Assembly: GCA_964567855.1 (NCBI GenBank)
Contig: CAZMOE010000008.1
Coordinates: 4,921-68,920, forward strand
Length of the DNA: 64,000 nucleotides
Reading direction: 5' to 3'
Source: an uncultured Prevotellaceae bacterium
Lineage (GTDB): Bacteria; Bacteroidota; Bacteroidia; Bacteroidales; UBA3663
The position numbers and the translations under genes are program-made. Of the stretch, positions 17,303 to 25,481 are shown one piece after another. The notes under the pieces were generated by a model. The model had not been told where the DNA came from, made no database searches, and was given only the letters and a program-made list of their open reading frames with translations. Each line of letters opens with the position of its first letter. Positions within the stretch are counted from its first letter, which is position 1.

Positions 17303-19309
17303 TCAACGACGGCTGAGATCGTTGTAAAGGCTCTGCAGATAGGCTTTTCCCCAACGCTGGGCACGGCCGACCGGATCATTGGAACCGGAAAGGGGATGAC
17401 CGTCGTCGGCATTGTCCTGTATATAGGAAATACTATCGGTCAGGAAGCCGAAACCGTCGGGCCAGGCATAGAAAGCGTAATGCGGCAAGGTGTCGCTCAT
17501 CAAATCTTTGCTGAAATTGAAATCCTGATGGTCCATGCCAAGCCGGGCAAGCAGGGTAGCGGCCAGATCGATCTGTGAGCCCATTGCCTCGACGCGGCGG
17601 GGAGCTCTCACAGCACCGCCGACCCAAAACATAGGGATGTGATAACGTAATGGCTCGTGAGTCATGATTCCCGCAGGAAATTTAGCGTAACAATGATCGG
17701 GGAGACCGATAATGAGCAGATTTTCCCAGTAAGGAGAGTCTTTCAGGCGGTCCACAAAACTGCCGAGACAACTATCCGTATAGGCGACGGAGTTTAAATA
17801 AAGATCGGAGAAACGACCGAAGGGCACATCGAAGGGTTCGTGACTGCTGAGAGTAAGAAACACTTTCATGAAGGGCCTTGCCGCATCGCCGGAAGCACCA
17901 CTCATACGATCGGAGGCCTGCGCGGCGGCCTGTTCAACAACTCTATCATAGAGGAAGTCGAAAGTCTTATGATCGGGAACACCCCACTTGGAAAGACGGT
18001 CGCCAATGGGAAAATCCACATCGGCAACAATCTTCTCCATCTTGCCCGCCATGAGGAAGCTGCGCATATTAGTAAAGTCGGCATCGCCTCCATGAATAAA
18101 TTCAAGGTCATAACCATAATCGGCCATGCGCCCGGAAAGATATTGCAGATTCTGCGACTTGGTAGGATCCTTCATAATGGAATTGGTAGGCTGTCCTGGA
18201 TAGGACGCAAGAACCGCAGCCACCCCGCGATCGGTCCGGAAACTGTTGGCATAAAAATTCATGAAGCCGATACCCTCGTCATAAAAACGGTTGACGGAGG
18301 GCATGATTTCAGGATCGGCACCGGCATAAAGCGGAACGCATGCGGCTCCGGAAAAACTCTCTAAAAGAATCAGAATTACATTCGGGCGGTCTGTGGTCAG
18401 CAGAGAGTCGACCGTCACGGAGTCCGGAACGGCCACAGCCAGGCTGTCACCGAGGATAGACACCGGGGCAATACTCAGGACAAGATCTCCACTGTCAAGC
18501 GTGTCCCCTCCGTCAGCCACAGATACCGGTCTCTGCCTCGGCATGGCAGCCAGTTCCTGCATGGCAGCGGCAGCTTCGGCATCGGTCATGAAACGATACT
18601 GCCTGGAGAAATCCTCATGTTTGGAGATGGAAGAAAGAAAACTGAAAGCCGGATTGATAGCGGCATGATTCAGCTTCATATCGCTGCTGAAATAAACCCT
18701 GCCGACGTTCATCGTGGAAACCGTGACACCGCCGCGGATAGGCAGAACCAGCAAGGCGCAGAAAAAAATGCACACGGCACTCTGCACCAGTCGTTCACGC
18801 AACGGAATCACCGGGTGAAGGGATACCCCGTGACGTTTGCTCAACGGAAAGAACGAGCAAAAGATACGTTGCAGGATCCACCAGATACCGGCAAGCAGAA
18901 AAGGCAATACGATCAACGCCCACATCGGCGCCTGTGCGATGGCATCGCCGGGGTTATCGGTCAGATAAATCAACGGAGTGGCGTCGAGACGAAATCCCCA
19001 GTGGGTATACAATTCCAGATCGACGAAAAAGAAAAGCAGCAACGGAATGAGTACAAGGCGCAGATACCAGCGCATGACATGCGTATGCCAGCGGCCCCGC
19101 ACCCACACGTGAATCAGGGAAAGCAAGAACGGAATGACAGAAAAATAACCGGCGACGGTCAGATCATGCGGAAGACCGTTCCATATAACGGCAAGCCACT
19201 GAACAAATGAGTACTGACCGTAAAGATCCCAATGGTAAAGCATGAAGACGGGCTTTTCGGCCACAAAAAGAAGAACGAACAAAAAATATACAATAATTTT
19301 CCTGATCAC
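17303..19309 (-). CDS. LTA synthase / sulfatase-family membrane protein (phosphoglycerol- or phosphoethanolamine-transferase-like)
   Basis: 668 aa. About 5 N-terminal TM helices precede an alkaline-phosphatase-superfamily domain (PNVILILLESFSG, FIHGGDADFTNM, LTLSSHEPF). GTG start at 19309. Confidence 0.75.
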   Translation of the reverse strand: MIRKIIVYFLFVLLFVAEKPVFMLYHWDLYGQYSFVQWLAVIWNGLPHDLTVAGYFSVIPFLLSLIHVWVRGRWHTHVMRWYLRLVLIPLLLFFFVDLELYTHWGFRLDATPLIYLTDNPGDAIAQAPMWALIVLPFLLAGIWWILQRIFCSFFPLSKRHGVSLHPVIPLRERLVQSAVCIFFCALLVLPIRGGVTVSTMNVGRVYFSSDMKLNHAAINPAFSFLSSISKHEDFSRQYRFMTDAEAAAAMQELAAMPRQRPVSVADGGDTLDSGDLVLSIAPVSILGDSLAVAVPDSVTVDSLLTTDRPNVILILLESFSGAACVPLYAGADPEIMPSVNRFYDEGIGFMNFYANSFRTDRGVAAVLASYPGQPTNSIMKDPTKSQNLQYLSGRMADYGYDLEFIHGGDADFTNMRSFLMAGKMEKIVADVDFPIGDRLSKWGVPDHKTFDFLYDRVVEQAAAQASDRMSGASGDAARPFMKVFLTLSSHEPFDVPFGRFSDLYLNSVAYTDSCLGSFVDRLKDSPYWENLLIIGLPDHCYAKFPAGIMTHEPLRYHIPMFWVGGAVRAPRRVEAMGSQIDLAATLLARLGMDHQDFNFSKDLMSDTLPHYAFYAWPDGFGFLTDSISYIQDNADDGHPLSGSNDPVGRAQRWGKAYLQSLYNDLSRR

Positions 19310-19336
19310 GGCTGTAAATAATTAAATATACGTTCG

Positions 19337-19344
19337 CAAAGATA
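19337..19344 (-). promoter_or_regulatory. sigma-A -7 motif (TAtcTTTG) for 17303-19309
   Basis: The plus strand reads caaagata, 28 nt upstream of the GTG start. Confidence 0.45.
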
Positions 19345-19459
19345 CACCATCCTCCGAAATTTTCGTGCAATCCACTTGTTTTATCAACATATCTTCACAG
19401 AAAACAGCGGTTTGTACCAGCTATCGACCGATATTTTTGCAAATTCATCCGATAAACAC

Positions 19460-19467
19460 TATCTTTG
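19460..19467 (+). promoter_or_regulatory. sigma-A -7 motif (TAtcTTTG) for the S4-domain gene
   Basis: tatctttg lies 84 nt upstream of ATG 19551. Confidence 0.4.
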
Positions 19468-19550
19468 CCGCGCATTTTTCACCGCAACGGCAATCGATCA
19501 TATTTCAAGAGACATTTTCCTTATCTAAAAAACAATCAATCATCAACAAC

Positions 19551-20120
19551 ATGGAAAAATTAGAACGAATCAACAAATATTTAAGCGAAGCAGGAGTATG
19601 TTCTCGCCGCGAAGTGGACGGACTGATTGAAACGGAACGCGTCGAAGTCAACGGAGCACCGGCCCGCATCGGAATGCAAATCGATACGGAACGCGACCAG
19701 GTCTATGTAGACGGGCAACTGGTCGATCCGGCACATCCGGAAAAAAATGCTATCAACCCGGAGCATCTTGCCGACATCAAGAAAACACCGTGGTGGGAAG
19801 AGAGAGAAAAAAAACGGGAAATGCAGGCGAAACAGCTGGCACAAAATCCCAAAAGCAAATTGCTGCGAAAGGGTAAAAAGCAGAACGGGCAGACCACCAG
19901 CATAAAAAAATCACATAAAACGGGCGTGAAGCTCACCTCTGCGGAAAAAGCGGCAAAAAAACAGGAAAACAAGAAAGCCAAAACTTTCGGAGAAGCGCTT
20001 AGCGACAAGCAGAAGCTGATGAACGTCAAAACCCGGAAGCTGGAAAACGCCGTTAACCCGAAAGCCTCGGCCTTGCGCGGCGACAAAAGAAGGAAAACAG
20101 CTCCCCGCCGCAGGCGGTAA
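19551..20120 (+). CDS. S4 RNA-binding domain protein with a long Lys/Arg-rich tail
   Basis: Start trimmed to MEKLERINKYLSEAGVCSRREVDGLIETERVEVNG, an S4 motif as at the N-terminus of RluB/RsuA-type enzymes. The remaining ~120 aa are low-complexity and basic (KKQENKKAKT...RRKTAPRRRR). No pseudouridine-synthase core is present. Confidence 0.7.
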   Translation: MEKLERINKYLSEAGVCSRREVDGLIETERVEVNGAPARIGMQIDTERDQVYVDGQLVDPAHPEKNAINPEHLADIKKTPWWEEREKKREMQAKQLAQNPKSKLLRKGKKQNGQTTSIKKSHKTGVKLTSAEKAAKKQENKKAKTFGEALSDKQKLMNVKTRKLENAVNPKASALRGDKRRKTAPRRRR

Positions 20121-20206
20121 GCCCATTTTCCGGTATCCGCGAGGCATAAACCTCCACACAACAATATTCCTGACAGCCTTTGCGGTTGTCCGCCAGAAAT
20201 ATCAAT

Positions 20207-20239
20207 GACAGCCCGGCATCTGTAAAATGCCGGGCTGTC
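20207..20239 (+). terminator. rho-independent-type terminator of the S4-domain gene
   Basis: gacagcccggcat / atgccgggctgtc: perfect 13-bp stem, 7-nt loop, followed by ggatttatagttt. Confidence 0.6.
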
Positions 20240-20278
20240 GGATTTATAGTTTGCAGACCTGACCGGAGTTCACAAAAT

Positions 20279-20320
20279 CAGCCGCGGGAAAAAGATCCTC
20301 ACAGACTTTTCCCGCGGCTG
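20279..20320 (-). terminator. terminator of the glycan-cluster distal operon
   Basis: cagccgcgggaaaa / ttttcccgcggctg: 14-bp stem, 14-nt loop, 45 nt after the DUF5107 stop. The minus strand continues ATTTTGTG. Confidence 0.6.
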
Positions 20321-20364
20321 ATTCAACGAAATGGACACCTCTCAAAAGAACGCCGATATCCGCA

Positions 20365-23300
20365 TCAGCTTATCTCCCACTCATACATAAAGGTGCGCAA
20401 CGCCTGCACCCCCTGGTGGTTGATATCCAATGCCTCGACTTCGGCAAGATACTGCCGGGCCTTACGGACATCTCCTAACCCCAAAGAGCCTAAAGCCAGC
20501 ATATATTTACAATGAATCCGGTTCTTCCGGTCTAAAGAATCCTCCCAAATAAGCAGATCGGGCAAAGAGACGGCAAAATAATCCATCACCTGAGGCTCGA
20601 AAAGGTGCTGCTTTCCATAACCGACAAGACGATGGAACCGTCCGCGGGCCTCCTCTCCCCGCCCGAGGGCCAACAACGCCAGTCCCTGATAAAAAATCTT
20701 ATCGGGCTTCGCATCATTATAATACATGGCGGCCGCCGGTTCCTGCGGTCCTTCGATAGCACGCAGCCAGCAACGGTGCGCTTGTTCCTGTTCGTCCAGC
20801 AACTGATATGCGCACCCGAGGAAGTAATAAAAATCGTTCTCCTGAGCCCCGAAGAGCTTCCCCTCGCCCAGATGATGGGGATACTCCAGGCATTCATTCA
20901 AAAGGCTGATTGCCTGCTGGCATAATCCGGCAATAGAAGTATCGTTCCGGGTCCTGGATTGCGATTCTGCCCAACATCTGCGCCCCTCGGCCAGCAACAG
21001 TTTCGCCTTTTCCACACGACATATCTGGTATTGCGCCGGCACTTTGCCCTCACCGCCTTCCCAGGGATGGAATACATGACCGTCCAGCAACCTCATCGCA
21101 TCATCATAACGTCCTGTCTGATTCAGGAGAGTGATCTGCTCAAGCAGAAGATCATCCCGCCGGGCTACAAGATCGGGGAAACGTTCAAGCCGGGCCAACC
21201 GTTCCGAATGCGGACGCTGCACACGTTTATACAACTGGTCAAGTTCCATCAGGATACGGGCATCCGCAGGATCAAGGGCAAACGCTTTTTCCATGCAACG
21301 GATAGCCTCGTCCTCTCTGCCGCATTTATTGAAATAGGCCAGGGCCAAATTACGCCATACGGTGGGAAACGCTGCATCCGCAGCTCTGGAACGTTCCCAA
21401 TAGCTGATCGCCAGATCGTATTGACGCTTGTCATAATACAGGCAACCGAGATAATAGGACGCGCGGGCACTATCCGGACGAGCATTGATAGCAGCCTGCA
21501 AAGCAAGACAAGCATCCAGACTGTTGGGGAAACAATAATCCGGGGCGCAGGCCTCAGCCTCTTCATACCTGCCGAGGAAATAATAGGTCATCGGAGAACA
21601 GGCTTTCTCGTCGATGGCAAGCTGCCAGACGGCACGGGCTTCCCGCACGAGACCGGCATGCAGATAATCGAGCGCCAGCTCATCGTAATTATGGCTGCTG
21701 CCGCGCAAAAGTTGTTTGAGGGAAACAAGCAACTGCTCATCGCCGCACAGCAGATATTGCTCATAACGACAGGTGTAATTGAACAAATCGCACGCAAGCG
21801 ATTCCTCAATCAGACGGAGGGCCTCGTCCCGGCGCCCCATCAGGCGCAGAATAGCAACTTTCAACCCGCGGGCCTTATGATTATGCCAGTAGTTATGCAA
21901 ACAGCGGTCGATCTCGTCAAGCGCATCGGCCAACCGACGCTGTTTCACACTGATCTGTGCAGCCTCGAAGTAGCCCGCATCCGCCCAACCCTTATTCCAG
22001 GTAGATTTCCAGAATAACCGATAGGCTTCTTCATCCTTGCCCCGATATTTCAGGCAGAGAGCCAGATTGTAGAGAGGCTCACCGTCATACGGATTCGGGT
22101 TGCGTTTCTGTAACACCCTGACCGCCGTGCGCAAATAGGGCTCCGCCTTGTCGAAACGGCCCCGGCGGAGATACCACAACCCCATCGCATTGTTGCAACG
22201 GTAATCCGACGGATCCCGCCGCAGACCTTCTTCGTAATAATCGAGCGCGCTCCACGTGGCGTGGCGGTATTGCTCCAGATGGAGGCCGGTCAAATAAAGC
22301 TGTTCGACCGTCTTTATATCCTGTGGAAGAAGCGCCGCCTCGGCGGCATCGGGTATAGGACGTATCTCATCGGGTTCCGCATGCCAGACAAGGGGGGTAA
22401 TATAAGTGCCCAGCTGCCGTATCATGACAGTCAGGTCATCCATATCATGTGAGCCAATGACAATTTCACGGTCAAAGATCTCTTCGGGCGACATATCGCA
22501 TTCCGTGGCAAAACATTCATTTCCATCCGCATCAGTAATGGAAACCGAAAGGCGCTGGCGGCTGGTAACGAAAATCTGAAGACGAACGGCATGACCGCAA
22601 CCGCCATCCATACCATCGGAAGAGGCGCAAGAAGTGATGTTCATGATAACATCCCTGTTGGCCTGCTTCACCACACCCAGCTCACGATAAGGCATAAAGT
22701 ATTGGGTGAAAGTTTTCTCCTCATACGGCATCAGCCAGGAGAAGTCCGGCTGATTTTCGGTATAGACACCGGCCATCAACTCAATATAAGGGCCATCCTC
22801 ATCGGTAAGATTCCGGTCCCAAGCACGTCCGAAATCGCCGTTGCCCCAGGTCCACTGCTTCTTACCGGGACTGAAATGGTTGCTGGCCACATGCAACATG
22901 CCTGCACAGGTATCATTCTCATAACCGCCCTCAAAATTATACTTCGAATTGACGGCCATGTAGCTCGTCGGCACCTTGATGTTCTTATAATTGGAAATAT
23001 CGACCCCCGCGGAATAATCGACCTTGTAATAAGTGCCTGTGGCGATGGGGAAAGAAGATACCGCGCGCTTACCATGATCGAAAACCGCATTTATATCAGG
23101 CGGGAAGACGCTCTGATAATGATCGTTCACTGCCACGGCGGGATTGGCCCACCACAAAAACGTCTGAGGCAGATCGGTACGATTATAGAGCACCCCTCTG
23201 ATTTCAAGATAGGCGCATCCCGGACGCAGGGTAAAGCCGGCCATGCCCTTTTGACGGAACATCCGTTCCATTTCGCTGACCCACACCGTCACGCTACCGT

Positions 23301-23721
23301 CTTCATGCTCCTCGATGGTCGTATCGACCGGGAGATAGGTGGACGGCCGGTGATGCTGCGGCCAATTGAACTCGATACCGCCCGAAATCCACGGGCCGGC
23401 AAGACCGACAAGAGCCGGTTTGATCACATGATTATAGTAGACGAAATGACGTTGCTTGATCTTATCGTAAGCCATCTGCACGCGTCCACCCAATTCAGGC
23501 AGGATCATGACTTTGATATATTCGTTTTCAAGCCATACGGCATCATAGGTCCTATCTGTCTTCTCATCGGCGATCGACTCTATGACGGGATAAGGATACA
23601 CCACACCGGAAGAGCCTTGATAAACACGTTTTTCCAAAAAAATCGGATTTTTTTCAGGCGCACCTACCTCATAGGTAGGAATCACAATCTGTTCACGCCA
23701 AGCCTTTGCATATGTTCCCAT
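20365..23721 (-). CDS. DUF5107 domain protein with C-terminal TPR array (YphG-like), no signal peptide
   Basis: 1118 aa. As I recall, the N-terminal ~400 aa (IVIPTYEVGAPEKNPIFLEKRVYQGSSGVVYPYP..., GGIEFNWPQHHRP) match the DUF5107/YphG family. The C-terminal ~650 aa are TPR-like (A..YY.G......G..EEA...). It lies 12 nt downstream of the GH43 gene. Confidence 0.7.
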   Translation of the reverse strand: MGTYAKAWREQIVIPTYEVGAPEKNPIFLEKRVYQGSSGVVYPYPVIESIADEKTDRTYDAVWLENEYIKVMILPELGGRVQMAYDKIKQRHFVYYNHVIKPALVGLAGPWISGGIEFNWPQHHRPSTYLPVDTTIEEHEDGSVTVWVSEMERMFRQKGMAGFTLRPGCAYLEIRGVLYNRTDLPQTFLWWANPAVAVNDHYQSVFPPDINAVFDHGKRAVSSFPIATGTYYKVDYSAGVDISNYKNIKVPTSYMAVNSKYNFEGGYENDTCAGMLHVASNHFSPGKKQWTWGNGDFGRAWDRNLTDEDGPYIELMAGVYTENQPDFSWLMPYEEKTFTQYFMPYRELGVVKQANRDVIMNITSCASSDGMDGGCGHAVRLQIFVTSRQRLSVSITDADGNECFATECDMSPEEIFDREIVIGSHDMDDLTVMIRQLGTYITPLVWHAEPDEIRPIPDAAEAALLPQDIKTVEQLYLTGLHLEQYRHATWSALDYYEEGLRRDPSDYRCNNAMGLWYLRRGRFDKAEPYLRTAVRVLQKRNPNPYDGEPLYNLALCLKYRGKDEEAYRLFWKSTWNKGWADAGYFEAAQISVKQRRLADALDEIDRCLHNYWHNHKARGLKVAILRLMGRRDEALRLIEESLACDLFNYTCRYEQYLLCGDEQLLVSLKQLLRGSSHNYDELALDYLHAGLVREARAVWQLAIDEKACSPMTYYFLGRYEEAEACAPDYCFPNSLDACLALQAAINARPDSARASYYLGCLYYDKRQYDLAISYWERSRAADAAFPTVWRNLALAYFNKCGREDEAIRCMEKAFALDPADARILMELDQLYKRVQRPHSERLARLERFPDLVARRDDLLLEQITLLNQTGRYDDAMRLLDGHVFHPWEGGEGKVPAQYQICRVEKAKLLLAEGRRCWAESQSRTRNDTSIAGLCQQAISLLNECLEYPHHLGEGKLFGAQENDFYYFLGCAYQLLDEQEQAHRCWLRAIEGPQEPAAAMYYNDAKPDKIFYQGLALLALGRGEEARGRFHRLVGYGKQHLFEPQVMDYFAVSLPDLLIWEDSLDRKNRIHCKYMLALGSLGLGDVRKARQYLAEVEALDINHQGVQALRTFMYEWEIS

Positions 23722-23733
23722 ATCAGAATCATT

Positions 23734-25464
23734 TTAATCTTTAACCATTGTAAGCGTGACGTCGTCCACATGACAATAGGCACCGGCAGCGCCGGAGACC
23801 TCAAATCCGGCACGCAACCGGCCGCCCTCCAGCACAACCGACATCTCTACGGGTTGCCATTTTTCAGAAAGCGGAACCTCCACAGCCCCCAAATCATACG
23901 GCAATGCCGGTAATGTTTCTCCGGAAGCACCTCCCACGGGAATGCCATCGTTTACCTCCAACGAAGCAATCGATCCACCGGTCGGCAAAGCCACCTGCGA
24001 CGAGGCAAACATGACGCAGCGCACCGCTTCGCCGCCTCCCTTCACCATGGCACGCAGAAGATAGCGACCGTCAGGCAAAGGAACAGCAGCGGTCCCCTCC
24101 ACCCGTTGTGAGATACGACGACAGAAAGGCATGGATTCGTCCGCCACATTCAAGGACATCTTACCGATCACGTCGGCCTGATCCTCGGCACTATTGTGAC
24201 GATTGAGGCATGGCGAAAGCGAGTCCTCATGCGCCACGACCCGACCGGCGATAAACTCCGTATCCCATCCCGTCAGAAAAGCCTGACGTGGTTTGACCGG
24301 TTCGGGGATTATCCGACGGTCGGCATCGAAACTACCGTTCAAGATGTAGTTATTGTCGGCCGCCACACGCCAATCGCCTGTAGCAGAACAGAAATCCCAA
24401 GAAGAGAGAGAATTGAAAACCGGATTTTCATCTCTGTCGAACGAAACGGGAACCCATTGATTATAGCCCAAACCGTTATTGGCGAAATCTGCCCAGCGGT
24501 CACCGCAATAAATGACGGTCTCTTTCCCGCCAGCAGTGCGATGCGTATAAAAAAAGCCGGTCTGCGTAAGATGAGAAAAGTCTCTTTCACAATTGACGAA
24601 CTTCCGCATTTCGCCGACAGGTTCATAAGGACCATGAATGTCGGTCGACTTCAGAAAATAGGCATGAGAACAATCCCATCCCCACAAATCGGAGGCGCAG
24701 AGATAATAATGTCCTTTATATTTGAACATACAATTTCCCTCGCGGCCGGCACCTTGAAAAACCTGATGACAATCCAGAAGTCCGATGCTGTCATTCTCCA
24801 AAAGCCCGATCTCGGAAATATAGGTCCGGTTACGACCGCTACCCTTGGAATAGACCAAATAACCGCGGTTAGTGTCAGGATCGACAAAAACGGTCTGATC
24901 GCCGGTATTGGGAGTCCCACAATAAGGAGTCATATCCATACTTCTGTAATAGGAAAAGGGACCACGAGGCGAGTCGCTCACCGCGACAAGCACGGAGCCA
25001 TTGTGCTGCATCATGAGCACGTATTTTCCCGCAGCCTTGACGTAAGCGACTCCCATGCGCCCCAGCCAGCCGAGCGGCAACTGCCGATCGAGCAGCTCCT
25101 GACGGGTAATCGCATCGCCGGCAGCATGCCAATGAACAAGATCGTCGGAAACATAAATCGAAACCGATTCAAAAGTACAATGAGGATACTTCCGGCCATG
25201 ATTCTCCCGATACAATGCCGCCTCTCGGTACTTCATGCCGTACCAGAAATAGCGTTCCACTCCATCCGCGGGGTCCTCGTAACGAAAAATGCCTCCACCC
25301 TGACTGTAAAGCGGGATTCCCTCTGCCGTGTCCCAGAAAACATCGTTACGGATGTTATGATATTCCGCCGTTTCCGGAGCGGCCACACCCTTACAGGAAA
25401 AATTTCCCAACACCAGAGCGACCATGCCTAAAGCATACACCGCCACGGACGAATATTTTTTCAT
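23734..25464 (-). CDS. glycoside hydrolase family 43 lipoprotein with C-terminal beta-sandwich (CBM-like) domain
   Basis: Start trimmed to ATG 25464 (MKKYSS...; the track start is GTG). Lipobox LGNFSC. GH43-like blocks are GDQTVFVDPDTNRGYLVY, REGNCMFKYKGHYYLCAS and GDRWADF. Confidence 0.7.
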   Translation of the reverse strand: MKKYSSVAVYALGMVALVLGNFSCKGVAAPETAEYHNIRNDVFWDTAEGIPLYSQGGGIFRYEDPADGVERYFWYGMKYREAALYRENHGRKYPHCTFESVSIYVSDDLVHWHAAGDAITRQELLDRQLPLGWLGRMGVAYVKAAGKYVLMMQHNGSVLVAVSDSPRGPFSYYRSMDMTPYCGTPNTGDQTVFVDPDTNRGYLVYSKGSGRNRTYISEIGLLENDSIGLLDCHQVFQGAGREGNCMFKYKGHYYLCASDLWGWDCSHAYFLKSTDIHGPYEPVGEMRKFVNCERDFSHLTQTGFFYTHRTAGGKETVIYCGDRWADFANNGLGYNQWVPVSFDRDENPVFNSLSSWDFCSATGDWRVAADNNYILNGSFDADRRIIPEPVKPRQAFLTGWDTEFIAGRVVAHEDSLSPCLNRHNSAEDQADVIGKMSLNVADESMPFCRRISQRVEGTAAVPLPDGRYLLRAMVKGGGEAVRCVMFASSQVALPTGGSIASLEVNDGIPVGGASGETLPALPYDLGAVEVPLSEKWQPVEMSVVLEGGRLRAGFEVSGAAGAYCHVDDVTLTMVKD

Positions 25465-25481
25465 GAAATCCACAGTATATA

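Noticed and set aside
20959-23913. Two long plus-strand ORFs (352 aa and 440 aa) opposite the DUF5107/TPR gene.
   Set aside because: They overlap a continuous 1118-aa minus-strand frame with TPR periodicity. Their own translations are low-complexity (I/R/G/H/L-rich). No promoter motif or start context is present.
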